Below the pieces are notes generated by a model. It did not search any database, was not told where the DNA came from, and saw only the letters and a program-made list of their open reading frames with translations. Positions 1 to 12,842 of a stretch of DNA of 64,000 nucleotides are shown piece after piece. The stretch is from Hemiscyllium ocellatum (Eukaryota). The DNA lies in the NCBI RefSeq assembly GCF_020745735.1, contig NC_083449.1, forward strand, positions 8,964,923 through 9,028,922, written 5' to 3'. Numbering within the stretch: position 1 is the first letter of the stretch; each line of letters opens with the position of its first letter. The position numbers and the translations under genes were made by a program.

Positions 1-1826
1 ATATAAAGGTCGTAGGAGCATCCTTAAGAGAGAAATCCTGAGGGCAAAAAGGGGACATGAGATAGCTTTGGCAAATAGAAGTAAAGAGAATGCAAAGAGT
101 TTTTAGAAATAGATTAAGGACAAAACAGTAACTAGGGAGAGAATAGGGCCCCTCAAAGATCAGCAAGGCACCTGATGCATGGAGCCATGGGAGATGGGGA
201 AGATACTAAATGAGTATTTTGCATCAGTGTTCACTGGGAAGGAGGACATGGAAGATAATAGAATGTGGGAAAATAGGTAGCGACATCTTGAAAAATGTCC
301 GTATTACAGAGGAGAAAGTGCTGGATGTCTTGAAATGCATAAAAGTGATAAATCCCCAAGACCTGATCAGGTGCACCCTCGAACTCTGTGGGAAGGTCGG
401 GAAGTGATTGCTGGGCACCTTGTTGAAATATTTTTATCATTGATTGTCGCAGGTGAGGTGCTGGATGACTGGAAGATTGTTAACGTGGGGGTCACTATTT
501 AAGAAAGGTGGTAAGGAAAAGTCAGGGAACTATAGACAGGTGAGTCTGATGTCAGTGGTGGGCAAGATGTTGGAGGGAATCCTGAGAGACAGGATTGACA
601 TGCATTTGGTAAGGCAAGGACTGATTAGGGATAGTCAGCATGGCTTTGTGCGTGGGAAAACATGTGTCATGAACTTGAATGAGTTGCTTTGAAGAAGTAA
701 CAAAGAGGATTGATGAGGTCAGAGTGATGGATGTGATCTATTTGGCCATCAGTAAGGCGTTTGATGAGGTTCTTCATGGGAGATTGGTTAGCAAGGTTAG
801 ATCTCATGCAATACTGAAAAGGTAGCCAATCGGATGCAGAATTTGCTCGATGGTAGAAGACGTGATGGAGAGATGCTTTTCAGACTGGAGGCCTGTGACC
901 AGTGGTGTGCCATCAGTATCAGTGTTGGATCCACTGCTTTTCATCATTTATGTGAATGATTTGGATTTGAACACAGCAGGTATAGTTAATAGGTTTGCAG
1001 ATGACACCAAAATTGGACAGCAAAGAAGGTTCCTCCAAAGTACAACAGGGTCTTGCTCAGATGGGCCAGTGGGATGAGGAGTGGCAGATGGAGTTTTATT
1101 CAGATAAATCTGGGTTGCTACATTTTGGAAAGGCAAATCAGGGCAAGATTTGTACACTTAATGGTAAGATCATACGTAGTGTTGCTGAACAAAGAGACCT
1201 TGGAATGCAGGTTCATAACTCCTTGAAAGTGGAGTCGCAAGTAGATAGGACGTTTTCTTCATTGGTCAGTGCATCGAGTATAGGAATTGGGAGGTCATGT
1301 TGTGGCTGTGCAGGTCATTGGTGAGGCCAGTTTTGGAATACTGCATGCAATATTGGTCTCCTTCGTATTGGAAGGATATTGTGAAATGTTGAAGGGTTCA
1401 GAAAAGATTTACAAGGAATTTGTTAGGGTTGGAGGATTTGAGCTATAGAGAGAGGCTGAACAAGCTAGGGATGACTACATAGAGGTTTATAAAATCGTGA
1501 GGGACAATGTCTCTTCCCTGAGGTGGGGGGAGTAGAAAACTAGAGGCATAGGTTTAAGGTAAACGGGGAAAAATTTAAAATGGACCTAAGCGCAACGTTT
1601 TCACACATAAGATGGTACGAGTAAGGAATAAGCTGTCAGAGAAAGAGGAGGAGAGTGGTACAATTACAACATTTAAAAGGCATCTGGATGGGTCCATGAA
1701 TAGGAAGGGTTCAAAGGGATATGGGTCAAGTGCTGGCAAATAGGACTAGATTAGGTTCTGACATCTGGTTGGCATGGATGAGGAGGACCAAAGAGTCTGC
1801 TTCAGTGCTGTACATCTCGATGACTC
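1..1826 (+). mobile_element. CR1-clade LINE, 3' half (decayed ORF2 RT and 3' tail)
   Basis: Frameshifted RT motifs [44 protein letters not shown]; CR1 3' end ...gtgctgtacatctcgatgactc at ~1826. Confidence 0.93.
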
Positions 1827-2030
1827 AGTGGTTGTGAATGATAACATTTATTGGAAATGGGGTGATGTGAATTGAGAATGGAGAGGAATAAAAAAAAAGT
1901 TATAATTGCTTGGTAGTATTTGACTATTCTTGTGAAAACTTCTCTCCAGCAATTGAGCTCCATGTGTGTCTAATTCAACTGCTCTGTGACTGTGGAAAGT
2001 ATGTTTTTCAGTCTGACAGCGATAACATAC

Positions 2031-2112
2031 TTACTGTTTGTTCGAAGGAACTGATCACACTTGGCTTCGTACCAAGAGAATGTTACATTGTCTTGCTCCT
2101 TCATGTAATTGT
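2031..2112 (-). other. Putative internal exon (82 nt), module copy B, left arm
   Basis: Pyrimidine tract plus CAG acceptor and GTATGT donor on the minus strand; homologous to three other copies. Confidence 0.45.
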
Positions 2113-2399
2113 CTGGAGGAAGAGAGAAGATACATCCCCTGTAAATCAACATTGTGAGTTTGACAGTATCAAACCTTTCAATGTAATATTCATTTTATAA
2201 TCACGAGGCTGTGTTTCTTTCAGGCCAGCATTTCGAACAGAACTACAGGTCTGACTCCATTCTTGGCCTGAGTTACTCTTTGGCTGGTGATTGTAACAAA
2301 AGAAATCGACACCAATTCACTGAGAACCAGATACTAAGCAACACCCTGACAGCTCTACAATGGGGCAACCCAAAACAAGTTTGTGTCTGGATCTGAGAG

Positions 2400-3820
2400 T
2401 TTCCTTATCAATCCATACCTGTCAGTTCCTGCGAGGTGAATGTGGGAGTACGGCTGTCAATCTGTACCTGTCAGTATAGGCTGTGCAAATGTAAGAGTTG
2501 ATATAGTTATCAATCTCTCCCTGTCACTCTTTGCAATGTCCAAAATATATTTACTAGAGAGTGACAGGGACAGATTGATAACTACGTTCACACATTCACG
2601 TAGTATAAACTGACAGGTATAGATTGATAACTGAACTCATATCCACATAGTGGAAACTGGAAGAGATTGATTGATAAATACATTTTAAATAAATTGGATC
2701 AGTCCCTATGTGCTTCACTGATGGGGATGTGCGAGTTTAGTTATCGATATATACCTGTCAGTTTCTGCCGTTGTGAATGTGTGAATTTAGATTAGATTAG
2801 ATTAGATTTACAGTGTGGAAACAGGCCCTTCGGCCCAACAAGTCCACACCGACCCGCCGAAGCGAAACCCACCCATACCCCTACATTTACCCCTTACCTA
2901 ACACTATGGGCAATTTAGCATGGTCAATTCACCTGACCCGCACATCTTTGGACTGTGGGAGGAAACCGGAGCACCCGGAGGAAACCCACGCTGACACGGG
3001 GAGAACGTGCAAACTCCACACAGTCAGTCGCCTGAGTCGGGAATTGAACCCGGGTCTCCAGCGCTGTGAGGCAGCAATGCTAACCACTGTGCCACCGTGC
3101 CCTTTCCCTAACAGTTTCTGCTGTGTATCTGACAGTGTAGTTATCAACCTGAACCTGTCAGTTTCAGCTTTGATAATGGTGTGTCATTCTTAGTATCTCC
3201 CTGTCAGATTCTGTTGTACGAATATTAAATGCAGTCATCAATTTGTACCTGTCAGTATCTTCTGTGTGATATTGATCTCTACCTGTCAGTTTTAGCTGTA
3301 ATCAATTTCTCAGTGCAATTATCAGACAGTATCTGTCAGGTTTTGCTATTTGACACCAGAGTGTCATTGTCAATCTGTTTCTACTACGTCAATTTGAGAG
3401 AGTCAATACCAATCGGTCCCTGTCAGATTCTTCCCTGTCAATATGTGAATAGTACAGTTATCATTCTCTACCTGTCAATTTCTAACTGTGTAATTGTCAA
3501 TCTGTACCTTTCAAACTCTGCTGTGTGAATACTTAAATATAGTTATCAATCTATAGCTGTCAGTTTCTACTTGGTGAATATGTCTGTGTAATTGTCAATT
3601 CCTGCCAGTTTATGCTATGTGAATGTGTGAACTGAGCTTTCATCTGTCACTGTCAGTTTCTGCTTTGTGAATAAGAGAGTTTAGATATCAATCCTTCCTG
3701 TCAGGTACTGTAATGTCAGGGTTTGAATGAATTTATTCAACTTTTCCTGTCAGGTTGTGTGACTGTAGCTATCAACCTGTACCTCTCAGATTCTGCGACA
3801 TGTGAGTGTAGTTATCCACT
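2400..3820. repeat. Degenerate ~47-bp tandem repeat (approx. gttatcaatctgtacctgtcagtttctgctgtgtgaatgtgagtgta); continues at 4350-4605 and 5310-5790
   Basis: Recurring tatcaat..cctgtcagtttc..tgtgaat at ~45-50 bp spacing. Confidence 0.88.
2787..3102 (-). mobile_element. HE1-type tRNA-derived V-SINE, full length
   Basis: A/B boxes (tggcacagtggttagc, ggttcaattcc), V-domain, CR1-like tail and (TCTAA)n; absent at the matching site in the right arm. Confidence 0.92.
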
Positions 3821-4345
3821 TGATTTGATCTGATTTATTATTGTCACATGTACAGAGATACAATGAAAAGTATTGTTTTGAGTGCCTTACAGGCAGATCA
3901 TATCATACAAAGTGCATTAGGGCAATAGAACAGAATCTGGAATACAGTGTTAATGGTGCAGAGAGAGGGAATAACATTAAAATTTAAAAATCTAATAACA
4001 GCACAGAGTCAGCTCTTGAATCTGTTGGACGGTATATTCAAACTTCTGTATTTTCTACCTGACAGACCAGGCTGGAGGAGCATAGAGCCAGGGTCAGATG
4101 GATCTTTGTTTAGGTTGGTTGCTTTCCCAACACAGGAGAAAGTATAAATGGAGCCTTTGGATGGAAGACTGCTTTCAGCGATGAATTGGGCTGTGTTCAC
4201 AACTGACTGTAATTTCTTGTGGTCTTGGGGAGAACAGTAGCCATACCACACCGTGACACATCCAGATAGGTGGTGCATCAATAAAAATTTGCAGGAGTCT
4301 TTATAGACACGGTGAATTTCCTTAGCCTCCTGAGGATATTTGCTT
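3821..4345 (-). mobile_element. Rex1/Babar-like LINE 3' fragment
   Basis: ORF 4009-4371 CVTVWYGYCSPQDHKKLQSVVNTAQ...KDPSDPG...SGRKYRS resembles the Rex1/Babar C-terminus; (ATCAA)-type tail. Confidence 0.75.
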
Positions 4346-4609
4346 GGTGAATTTGTTTGGGTAATTGTCAATCTAAGCCTGCCAGTTTCTGCTATGTGAA
4401 TGGGAGAAGTTAAAAACTGACAGTCCCTGTCAAGTTTTGCTTTGTGAAGATTTAGTTAAGAATCCTTCCCAATCAGGGTCCGAATTGGGAATGAGAGTGT
4501 ATTTATCAATGTTTGCCTGACAATTTTTTTTTGTGAACATGTGAATGTAGTTATCAATTTTCCCTGGTGGTTTCTGCTCTGTGAATATGAAAATGTAGTT
4601 ATCAATCTT

Positions 4610-5300
4610 TAAATGAAAATCAAAAGAACTGCAGAAGCTGGAAATCAGAAAGAAAATCAAATTGCTGGAAAAGCTCAGCAGGTCTGACAGAGTCTGTGGA
4701 CAGAAATCAGAGTTAAAAATTCCAGTCCAGTAACCCTTCCTGAGAACTGATGGTAGCCAGGAAATGATTAGTTTTTTTGCAGAAGGTAGGGTATGTTGAA
4801 GGTTCAGGAGTAAATGGTAGATGGATATAGAATCCAAAGAATATGGTCAGACAAGGATGATGAATCACTATTAACAGGGACTGTTAGTGACTGTTGGTGT
4901 AGAATAGCAGACCTTGTGATAACAAGGCCTGGTGTGAAAGGTTCTGGGTAATGACATGGGAGAGCTCTAGCCCTAGCTGTAGAACTCAATATTGGGTCCA
5001 GAAGGCTGTTGTATTCCCAAGCAGGAAATGAGGTACTGTTCTTCCAGTTTGCACTGAGTTTTAGCTGGAGCACTGCAGCAGGCCTGAGGCAGAGATGTTC
5101 ATCAGGGAACTGGGTGGTGTGTTGAAGTGGCAGGCAAGTGGAAGCTCAGGGTCTTGTTTTCTGGACAGAATGTAGGTGTTTGGCAAAGTGGACATCCAAT
5201 CTACACCCAGAATAGAGAAGACCATGTGGCAGCTAGGAAAATGCACACACTCAGTTCTGAGGAAGGGTCACTAGACCTCAAATGTAACTCTGATTTCTTG
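4610..5300 (-). mobile_element. Decayed Penelope-like element 3' fragment
   Basis: LPLACHFNTPP GIY-YIG-adjacent peptide; pLTR-type tails with degenerate hammerhead cores at ~4715-4745 (-) and 5257-5290 (+). Confidence 0.7.
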
Positions 5301-5849
5301 TTAACAACCTCTACCTGTCAGTTTCTCCTGTGAATAGGAGTGTGTCGTCAAACCATACATGTCAACTTAAGTAATTTGAAACAGAGTGTTATCAATTTGT
5401 TCCAATAAGTTTCTGCTTTGTGAATGAGAATGTTTTCCTCTGAAATGTCCTGCCACGTGTATTTGAGTGTGATGGACCAATCTGTCCCTGTTATATTCTG
5501 CTCTGTGTAACTCGGGATGTAGCTGTGAATCTGTATTTGTCAACGCCTAGTTTATAAATGTGCAAATGCATTCATCAGCGTTTTTGAAGTGTGTGTAGGG
5601 TTTGGGGGATGGTGTTTAAGTATCATGCTCTCCCTTTCAGTTTCCACAGAGTGAATGTGTGAGAGCAGCTATAAATCTCCGCCTGTCAGTTTTTGTTATG
5701 TCCACGTGAGAGTTCAGGAATTGAGCTAACCTTGTCAGTTTGTGCTGTGTGACTGAACGTCACGTGCTGAATCAGTACCAGTCACTTTCAATTCTCATGC
5801 ATCAAAAGTTGCTTAATTCGCTGACAGCCAATAATATTCTATGAGTCCA

Positions 5850-6060
5850 ATGGTGACAAGGAACCTATTTTTGTTTGCCATCTGGTTCACTAATGTCCTT
5901 TCAGGAAGGAAGCTGCCGTCCTTACCTGGTCTGGCCTACATGTGTCTCCAGACCCACAGCAATGTGGCTCTCACATAACTACCCCCTGGGCAGTTAGGGA
6001 TGGGCAATAAATGCTGGCCTCACCAGTGATTCTCTCATCCGTGAATGAATTAAGGAAAAA
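5850..6060 (+). mobile_element. Second SINE family (3' portion, L2/CR1-type tail)
   Basis: tggttcactaatgtcctt...gggcaataaatgctggcc...tgaatgaat; matching copy at ~25120-25330 (-). Confidence 0.75.
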
Positions 6061-8706
6061 GAATTCTCTGTGACTGTGATTGATTCTGTGATAGTAGATT
6101 TTAGGGTATTGTGATTGGGCCTTAATCTCAAATGCATTGTTATTTATAGTAGAGTCACAGAATTGGTACAGCCATTCAGCCCATTTGCGTCCAGACTGGG
6201 ACATTCTGTTCTTCACCTGTTCTCCATTCTAGTTTCCAGTAACTGTTGGGATTCTGAACTTTATCCACTTACTGCCAGTATCTCTATCTAAATGCTAATT
6301 TGAGATTATTTCTGCAGTTACCTGTCTTTGATAACTACAGTGCCAGTTTTGTTCTGTGGGCAATAGCACAGGTAGAGTATGTGGATCTCTTTCTCTTTCC
6401 ACATTCAGTTGTGTTTTTTTGGTCTGAGTGTAGGATAAACTTGATCAATATTCACCAACCTTTTGTGATTGAGGGATTAATGTTATCTTTGCCATGAATC
6501 TGAATTTTATTGCATTCAGACTGTTTAAATATATTTTGTGCATGCAGTAATCTTTATCAGTTGCTGCTAGACACTAAGATATAACATCTGAAACTAACTG
6601 AAATGATTAATGGTTTGGTGAATCAATTTATAACTATTCATATTTGGAAGTACCTGGGCCTAAATTTCTTTTTTTTTCCCTTTCAGCATTAACTGGCTGT
6701 GTGTGAGTGAGTTTTCTGTTGTGCTGTCAATCTGTATCACTTAAAGGAGTGGCACTGGTCTATATCACACTGACACTTTTTTTTTATGTCGCTTTGTGTT
6801 TCCCATTCTGCATTTCATGATCTGATACACTTTATGAGGTGGGTTTAATGCCTTATAAGTCAGTGTTTCATATACTAAAAAAGTATGGAAATGCTTCTGC
6901 ATTACTCAGACCCTCAACCAGAATGTGTGTGTGGAGAAAGTGTGTGTTCATCAGCACCAGGCTCAGTGTGAGAATGAGATTCATTCACTCTCTGATACTA
7001 GATATCAATGTGCTCCTTATTCTTGGTTATTGTGTTTCACAGTGCTTCAGTGTCATCCAAATTGAAACATGTCACTTTTAGTAACTGCTACTGTACTTCA
7101 GTGTTCAAACTTGTGCTACTTAACGTGAATGAGGTACTATCCATTTCCACTGGAGTCAGCTCCTGTCTGTGAAAGTGGGATGTGTTTATATATCTGTTAA
7201 TCTCTGGCATTGCACATTTAGTTCAGTAATGTCCACAGCCAACGTTTTTTAGCTTTAGTCTGTAGGATCCAGGGACAACTGAACATGCAACACATTGCAG
7301 CAGAAAAACATCTGTGCTTTTCTTCAGAATCAAGGGGAGAAAAGCAATGGACTTTTGTAACTCCTATAGTGCAGAGTCTAACAGGGAACAATAGGGATAC
7401 CAAGATTTGGTTTTCAGAATGCTATCAATTTTTGCATTGTGACATGTTTTAACCAGTGAATTAATGATCAGTATTAACCGAACCCATTTGCAACTAAGTG
7501 AACACTTCAACTGCATTGCAGCTGACTGACCACAGTGTTCCTTGTACAGGAAAGAGAATTGGCCAATTCTATTTTACTTACGCATGTGGACATGATCTGG
7601 TGCAAGCCATAAGCAGACTCTTGTGTTGCTCTATGGTAGGGAAGGGGAAACGAAAAGGACTTTTATTTTCCACTATTCTGTGAGGAATAGTTCAATGAAT
7701 TGAATTTGACAATTTAAATATCCTCTTCATAGAAAATCAAAAGGAATTCTGAAATACATATAGAATAATTTAAAAAAAACTTTCTTGCTGGACAGAAAAA
7801 TAGAATAACTAAAAATGATGAAATGGAGAATGAGGTTACGATACAGATGGAGAAGACAGCTTCTCTGCTACCGTGATAGTTTTACGAAAATGGAATGCTG
7901 GTTGAAAGGAATGAGAATTGTTAGCTCAGTCAACTGTTATGCTGTTATAGACGGTCTTTGATCAGTCAGACTTAATAATTTGAACAAACTGTGCTGTAAG
8001 TTTCTTTGACTCGAGATCTGAGAGAGGAAATCAGTTTGATGAAATGTTTTCTGCTAGTTGCAATGTATATGGATTTTCATTAATTTTTAGATGTTGGAAT
8101 GAGTATTTCAGGATGCCGTACAAATTGGCAACAATTGTAAATCAGTCAGTACCTGTGTGAGAGAGAATGGTGTGTGGGCATATGTATGCAAGCACACATA
8201 AGAGGGTTGGAGATGGTAGTTGTGTGTACGTCAGGTTTTGGCTCAGAGGTTCATTTGGAATTTATACTGTTTAGTTGTTGTGCCTTTCACATAGGACTTA
8301 TATTGTCCTTCTCAGTTACTGATAATGCCAAAGTTTCCTTCTAGATCTTCAGAAATACTTGCTGTAACAATGTAACAGAATCATCTGTTTGTTCACCTTG
8401 ACTGTAACTTTAAAATTGCCTTTATTACATGTGGAGTTAATATAGTTCCTGAATGGATATTTCATAGGAGGATACAACCTATCCCACTTCTGATGTTGCA
8501 AATGATAATTGACTAAGCATCATGGCATTTATTGGAACTGAGCTGTTGTGCGTTGAGTATCGGGAGAAATCAAAAAATATATTGCATCGCTTGTGTTTGA
8601 CTCTTGGATTGAATGTATACTTCTGGAAATTAAGCTCAATGTGTATCTGACTCAATCCACTCTGGCTGTGGAAAGGATGTTCTCCAATCTGACACCAGTA
8701 ACATAC

Positions 8707-8788
8707 CTGCTGGTTGTTAGAAGCAGCTGGTCACACTTGGCTTTGTACTGAGAAAATATTACACTGTCTTGGTCCATCAATCATTTGC
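8707..8788 (-). other. Putative exon 2 (82 nt), module copy A, left arm
   Basis: cttcctccag acceptor and CAG|GTATGT donor; stop codons in all three frames. Confidence 0.5.
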
Positions 8789-9359
8789 CTGGAGGAAGTC
8801 AAGAGGGATATTTCCTGTAAATCACCATTAGCCAAGTAGAAAGACATCAACTGATCAATGCAATATTCAGGTCATGATCATGATAATTCTTTGGTTTTAA
8901 ACAGGGCATGGTGAAGAGAGCAAGGACTGGTCACACTCTAGCTCTAACACTCTAGCTCTGAGCTCCTCCCAGTATTTTTTTTCTCTGTTTGCGAAATTCT
9001 AAAACAATTTACTACAGTACAAAAACTAACCAACATCTGCAAGTTCAATATCCAGCTCCCAATACATTAACAGTTGAAGGAAGAACAACAGACTCTACTA
9101 TCACATTTAGATAGACTGTCCTTTAATTACCTACTACTCAATGTCTGTTTGCAACAAACAGCATGAAATAGAAGCCAAACAATGAAGTTCCATCAGAGTT
9201 TAGGTAATTAAAAACCACAAGAATGTCACACAGCAGCTTCTTCCCGCTCGGTCTCCCTCAGCAGGCCCACACACAGCTCGAGAAAGGCCTCTCTCTTACC
9301 CAGCCCGCTCACTCCAGTTCCGGGACCAATTCCTGCTCCGTTCGACCTCTTACAAACAG

Positions 9360-10681
9360 TCCTGTCCTGTCCACCTTATTCCAAGAACTCCCCACCTACG
9401 TCCTGGACACCACCCACGCCCTCCACCTCCTCCATGATTTTCGCTTCACCGGTCCCCAACGCCTTATCTTCACCCTGGTCATCCAATCCCTGTACACTTC
9501 TATCCCCCATCACGAAGGACTCAAAGCCCTCCGCTTCTTCCTTTCCCACCGCACCAACCAGTACCCTTCCACTGATACCCTCCTTCGACTGACTGAACTG
9601 GTCCTCATCCTGAACAACTTCTCTTTCCAATCCTCCCACTTCCTCCAAACCAAAGGAGCCCCAGCTGTGCCTGCCTCTTCGTAGGATATCTGGAACAGTC
9701 CATCTTCCGCAGCTACACTGGCACCACCTTTTCCTCCGCTACATCGATGACTGTATGCCCTTGAGCCCCACCCCTCCAATCGCCACCAGGACAGAACCCC
9801 ACTGGTCCTCACCTACCACCCCACAACCTTCACATACATCGTATCATCCGTCGTCATTTCCGCCACCTCCAAACAGACCCCACCAGCAGAGATATATTTC
9901 ATTCCCCTCCCCTATCAGCGTTCCAAAAAGACCACTCCCTCTGTGACCCCTCGTCAGGTCCTCACCCTCCACCAACCCAAACTCCACTTCCGCCACCTTC
10001 CCCTGCAACTGCAAGAAATGCAAAACTTGCGCCCACACCTCCTCCCTTACTTCCCTCGAAAGCCCCAAGGGATCCTTCCATGTCCACCACAAATTCACCT
10101 GCACCTCCACACACATCATTTACTGCATCCGCTGCACCCGATATGGCCTCCTTTATATTGGGGAGACAGGCCGCCTACTTGCGGAATGTTTCAGGGAACA
10201 CCTCTGGGACACCCGGACCAACCAACCCAACCACCCGGTGGCTCGACACTTCAACTCCCCCTCCCACTCCACCAAGGACATGCAGATCCTTGGACTCCTC
10301 CATCGCCAGACCATAGCAACACGACGGCTGGAGGAAGAGTGCCTCATCTTCCGACTAGGAACCCTCCAACCACAAGGGATGAACTCAGATTTCTCCAGTT
10401 TCCTCATTTCCCCTCCCCCCACCTTGTCTCAGTCAAATCCCTCAAACTCAGCACCACCTTCCTAACCTGCAATCTTCTTCCTGACCACTCCACCCCCACC
10501 CTCGCCTTCACCTCCTTCCACCTATCGCATTTCCAACGCCCCTCCCAAGTCCCTCCTTTTATCTTAGCCTGCTGGACACACTTTCCTCATTCCTGAAGAA
10601 GGGCTCATGCTCGAAACGTCGACTCTCCTGCTCCTTGGATGCTGCCTGACCAGCTGCGCTTTTCCAGCAACATATTTTCAG
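9360..10681 (+). mobile_element. Penelope-like element (RT and GIY-YIG remnants) with 13-14 bp TSD
   Basis: LVIQSLYTSIPH RT motif, IYCIRC..LYIGETGR GIY-YIG; TSD ctcttacaaacag 9347-9359 and ctcttacaaaacag 10682-10695; empty site in the right arm. Confidence 0.92.
10589..10625 (+). ncRNA. Minimal type I hammerhead ribozyme core in a Penelope pLTR
   Basis: CTGAAGA-A-GGGC-tcat-GCTC-GAAA-CGTC; stem I only about 2 bp. Confidence 0.55.
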
Positions 10682-10718
10682 CTCTTACAAAACAGCTCCC
10701 GGTTTTCCCTGAACTCAC

Positions 10719-10920
10719 CCCGAATCAATCCCGGTCTCGGAGCCCCCTCTGTGTCCCAGGCTCCCATCCCGATGTGCTGCTGGAAGGAGCCTGCTGTTCC
10801 CTCGCTTCCCTGGGCGCTGATCTCTCCATTGCGGTCTGTTTCAAACAAACCTCTTGCACTCACTGAGTAAATGCTCCTCAATGGCAGCGCTGGGGGGGGG
10901 GAAGGGCTCACGCATGCGTT
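10719..10920 (-). promoter_or_regulatory. NRF1/YY1-type promoter and putative first exon, left copy
   Basis: ACGCATGCGT palindrome 10910-10919, GCCAT motif, GTGAGT donor 10718-10713; near-identical to the 22764-22965 copy over the exon. Confidence 0.55.
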
Positions 10921-11492
10921 CATCGAATCAGGAACATTTCTGCTTTGGGGGAAGGGCAGCATCGCGCAAGGGCCTAAGGATGCAGGAATAAATTATACAC
11001 ATTAAACTGAGGTCTGAGCCCTGTGTGTCACCACTGGGAAACAAAAGAAATGCTCCTTTTCTTACAGACTCACGGGCTCTGTATGATACATTACACATTT
11101 ATTTTTTTTAATTTCCAAAACTCCGCGCGGGTTCTGTGGTGTTGCAGAAGAGTGTAAATGGGGCTTTCTGCTGTCGGTGAGAAGCTTTCAAAATGAACCG
11201 AGATCAAACCAGAACAGTCGGCGGACTGGAATTGTTAATGCGGAGCTTTTGCATTAAGGGGGGCACGGTCTTAAAATAATACCTAATGGTGGCGTTCGTT
11301 ATTAATGCGCTCACACCGACGAACGTTCATGAAATCATCACAGGGCTAAATGAGGGTATTCATTGCCTCCGAAGACAATCTCGAATCCTTCAAATAGCTT
11401 CTAGTCTCATTACCCGAAAGAAAAATAGCAAATTAATGACTAAATACGTTAGTATTGTTTTCCGTAAAGCTCCCTTCTCTGATCTACGTTTC

Positions 11493-11550
11493 GGCAGGAT
11501 TTTCAAATTTGAAAGAAAACGGTTGATGATTTAGCGCCATGTTTTCCCGC
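11493..11550 (+). promoter_or_regulatory. Recurrent E2F/CHR-like cis module
   Basis: ggcaggattttcaaatttgaaa...gttgatgatttagcgcc...ttttcccgc; homologous copies at 47801, 49055 and 54283. Confidence 0.5.
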
Positions 11551-11831
11551 CTGCTTTCTCAGCAATGATCATATAGTTACAGCTGGCGGGAACACCAAGG
11601 GAGGCAGTGAGTGCAGAGGGGATTTGATCTGGAATTAAGACTGCACTACTATAATGAAGCAGGTGAAAGTTACATAACATTCACAGCAGCGTACATTCTA
11701 ACCACTGCCGCTTGTGCGATCATTAACTCCCCTAAAATGCATTACTGATGTGACGTACACCCCGTTTAATATTATTCAAAGCCATGTTCCAAAGACTGCG
11801 ATCGCTTCCCGCTCTCTCTGGATGGTTTAGT

Positions 11832-11847
11832 GGCTCTGAAAAGAGCC
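11832..11847 (-). terminator. Histone 3' stem-loop of H3 copy 1, followed by HDE
   Basis: GGCTCTTTTCAGAGCC followed by purine-rich AGAGAGAGC. Confidence 0.95.
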
Positions 11848-11901
11848 GTTGTGTTTCTCTCTCTCTCTCGGGGTGAATGTGCAGGGCCGGCCAGGCTCCG
11901 T

Positions 11902-12324
<423 letters not shown>

Positions 12325-12354
12325 TCAGTGACAAATGCTGCTGCTGCGGTGCTG

Positions 12355-12525
12355 CCTGTTTAAGGGAGCTGAGAGCCCGCCCTAGAGCTGGGATTGGATA
12401 CAGCCCTGTCTCTCAACCCACAGAGAAACAGCTGCGAAAGGGACAGAAAAGGCAGGAAAAGAATTGTTGGAATCTGATTGGTTCCCTGGAAATGTCAGTT
12501 GGTCAATTTCAAAATGCCCGCTGAA
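12355..12525 (-). promoter_or_regulatory. H3 promoter (TTAAA TATA-like, GC box, two CCAAT boxes)
   Basis: CCAAT on the minus strand at ~12392-12396 and ~12478-12482; GGGCGG ~12376-12383. Confidence 0.7.
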
Positions 12526-12842
12526 TTCACCCTCACAAACCTTGAGATTAAAGTAACCATTGAAACGCAAAACGCCATCCGTTTGCAACTAAGATAAAAT
12601 TTATTTTTTTTATATAGTAACTCTTTAAAAACTACTTAGCGGACAGGAGGCGGGATCATTGCCTGATCTGTCTGTAACAGGCGGGAGGAAAGGCGGGGTT
12701 TAAAACAGCTCAGACAAACTGAGCAACCGAACTTGTACCGGCCGTGATTCAATCGAAACAACCCCGCCAATTTAAACATCTTAAAAGCTAATGCAGTGTA
12801 CACCGATAAAAGGACAGGATCTCACTTTATGATTAAATTATC

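Larger units (their letters stand above)
1830..10920 (-). repeat. Left arm of inverted segmental duplication (partner ~22700-28760, extending into the flanking CR1)
   Basis: Collinear reverse-complement matches: 1830-2140/28450-28760, 5300-6900/24280-25930, 8470-9360/22985-23860, 10696-10920/22760-22985. Confidence 0.9.

Noticed and set aside
3030-3102. tRNA-like A and B boxes (also at other SINE heads)
   Set aside because: These are V-SINE heads continuous with the V-domain and tail, not tRNA genes
2400-3820. CRISPR-like repeat-spacer appearance of the 47-bp array
   Set aside because: Spacers are homologous to each other, repeats are degenerate, no cas genes, vertebrate DNA
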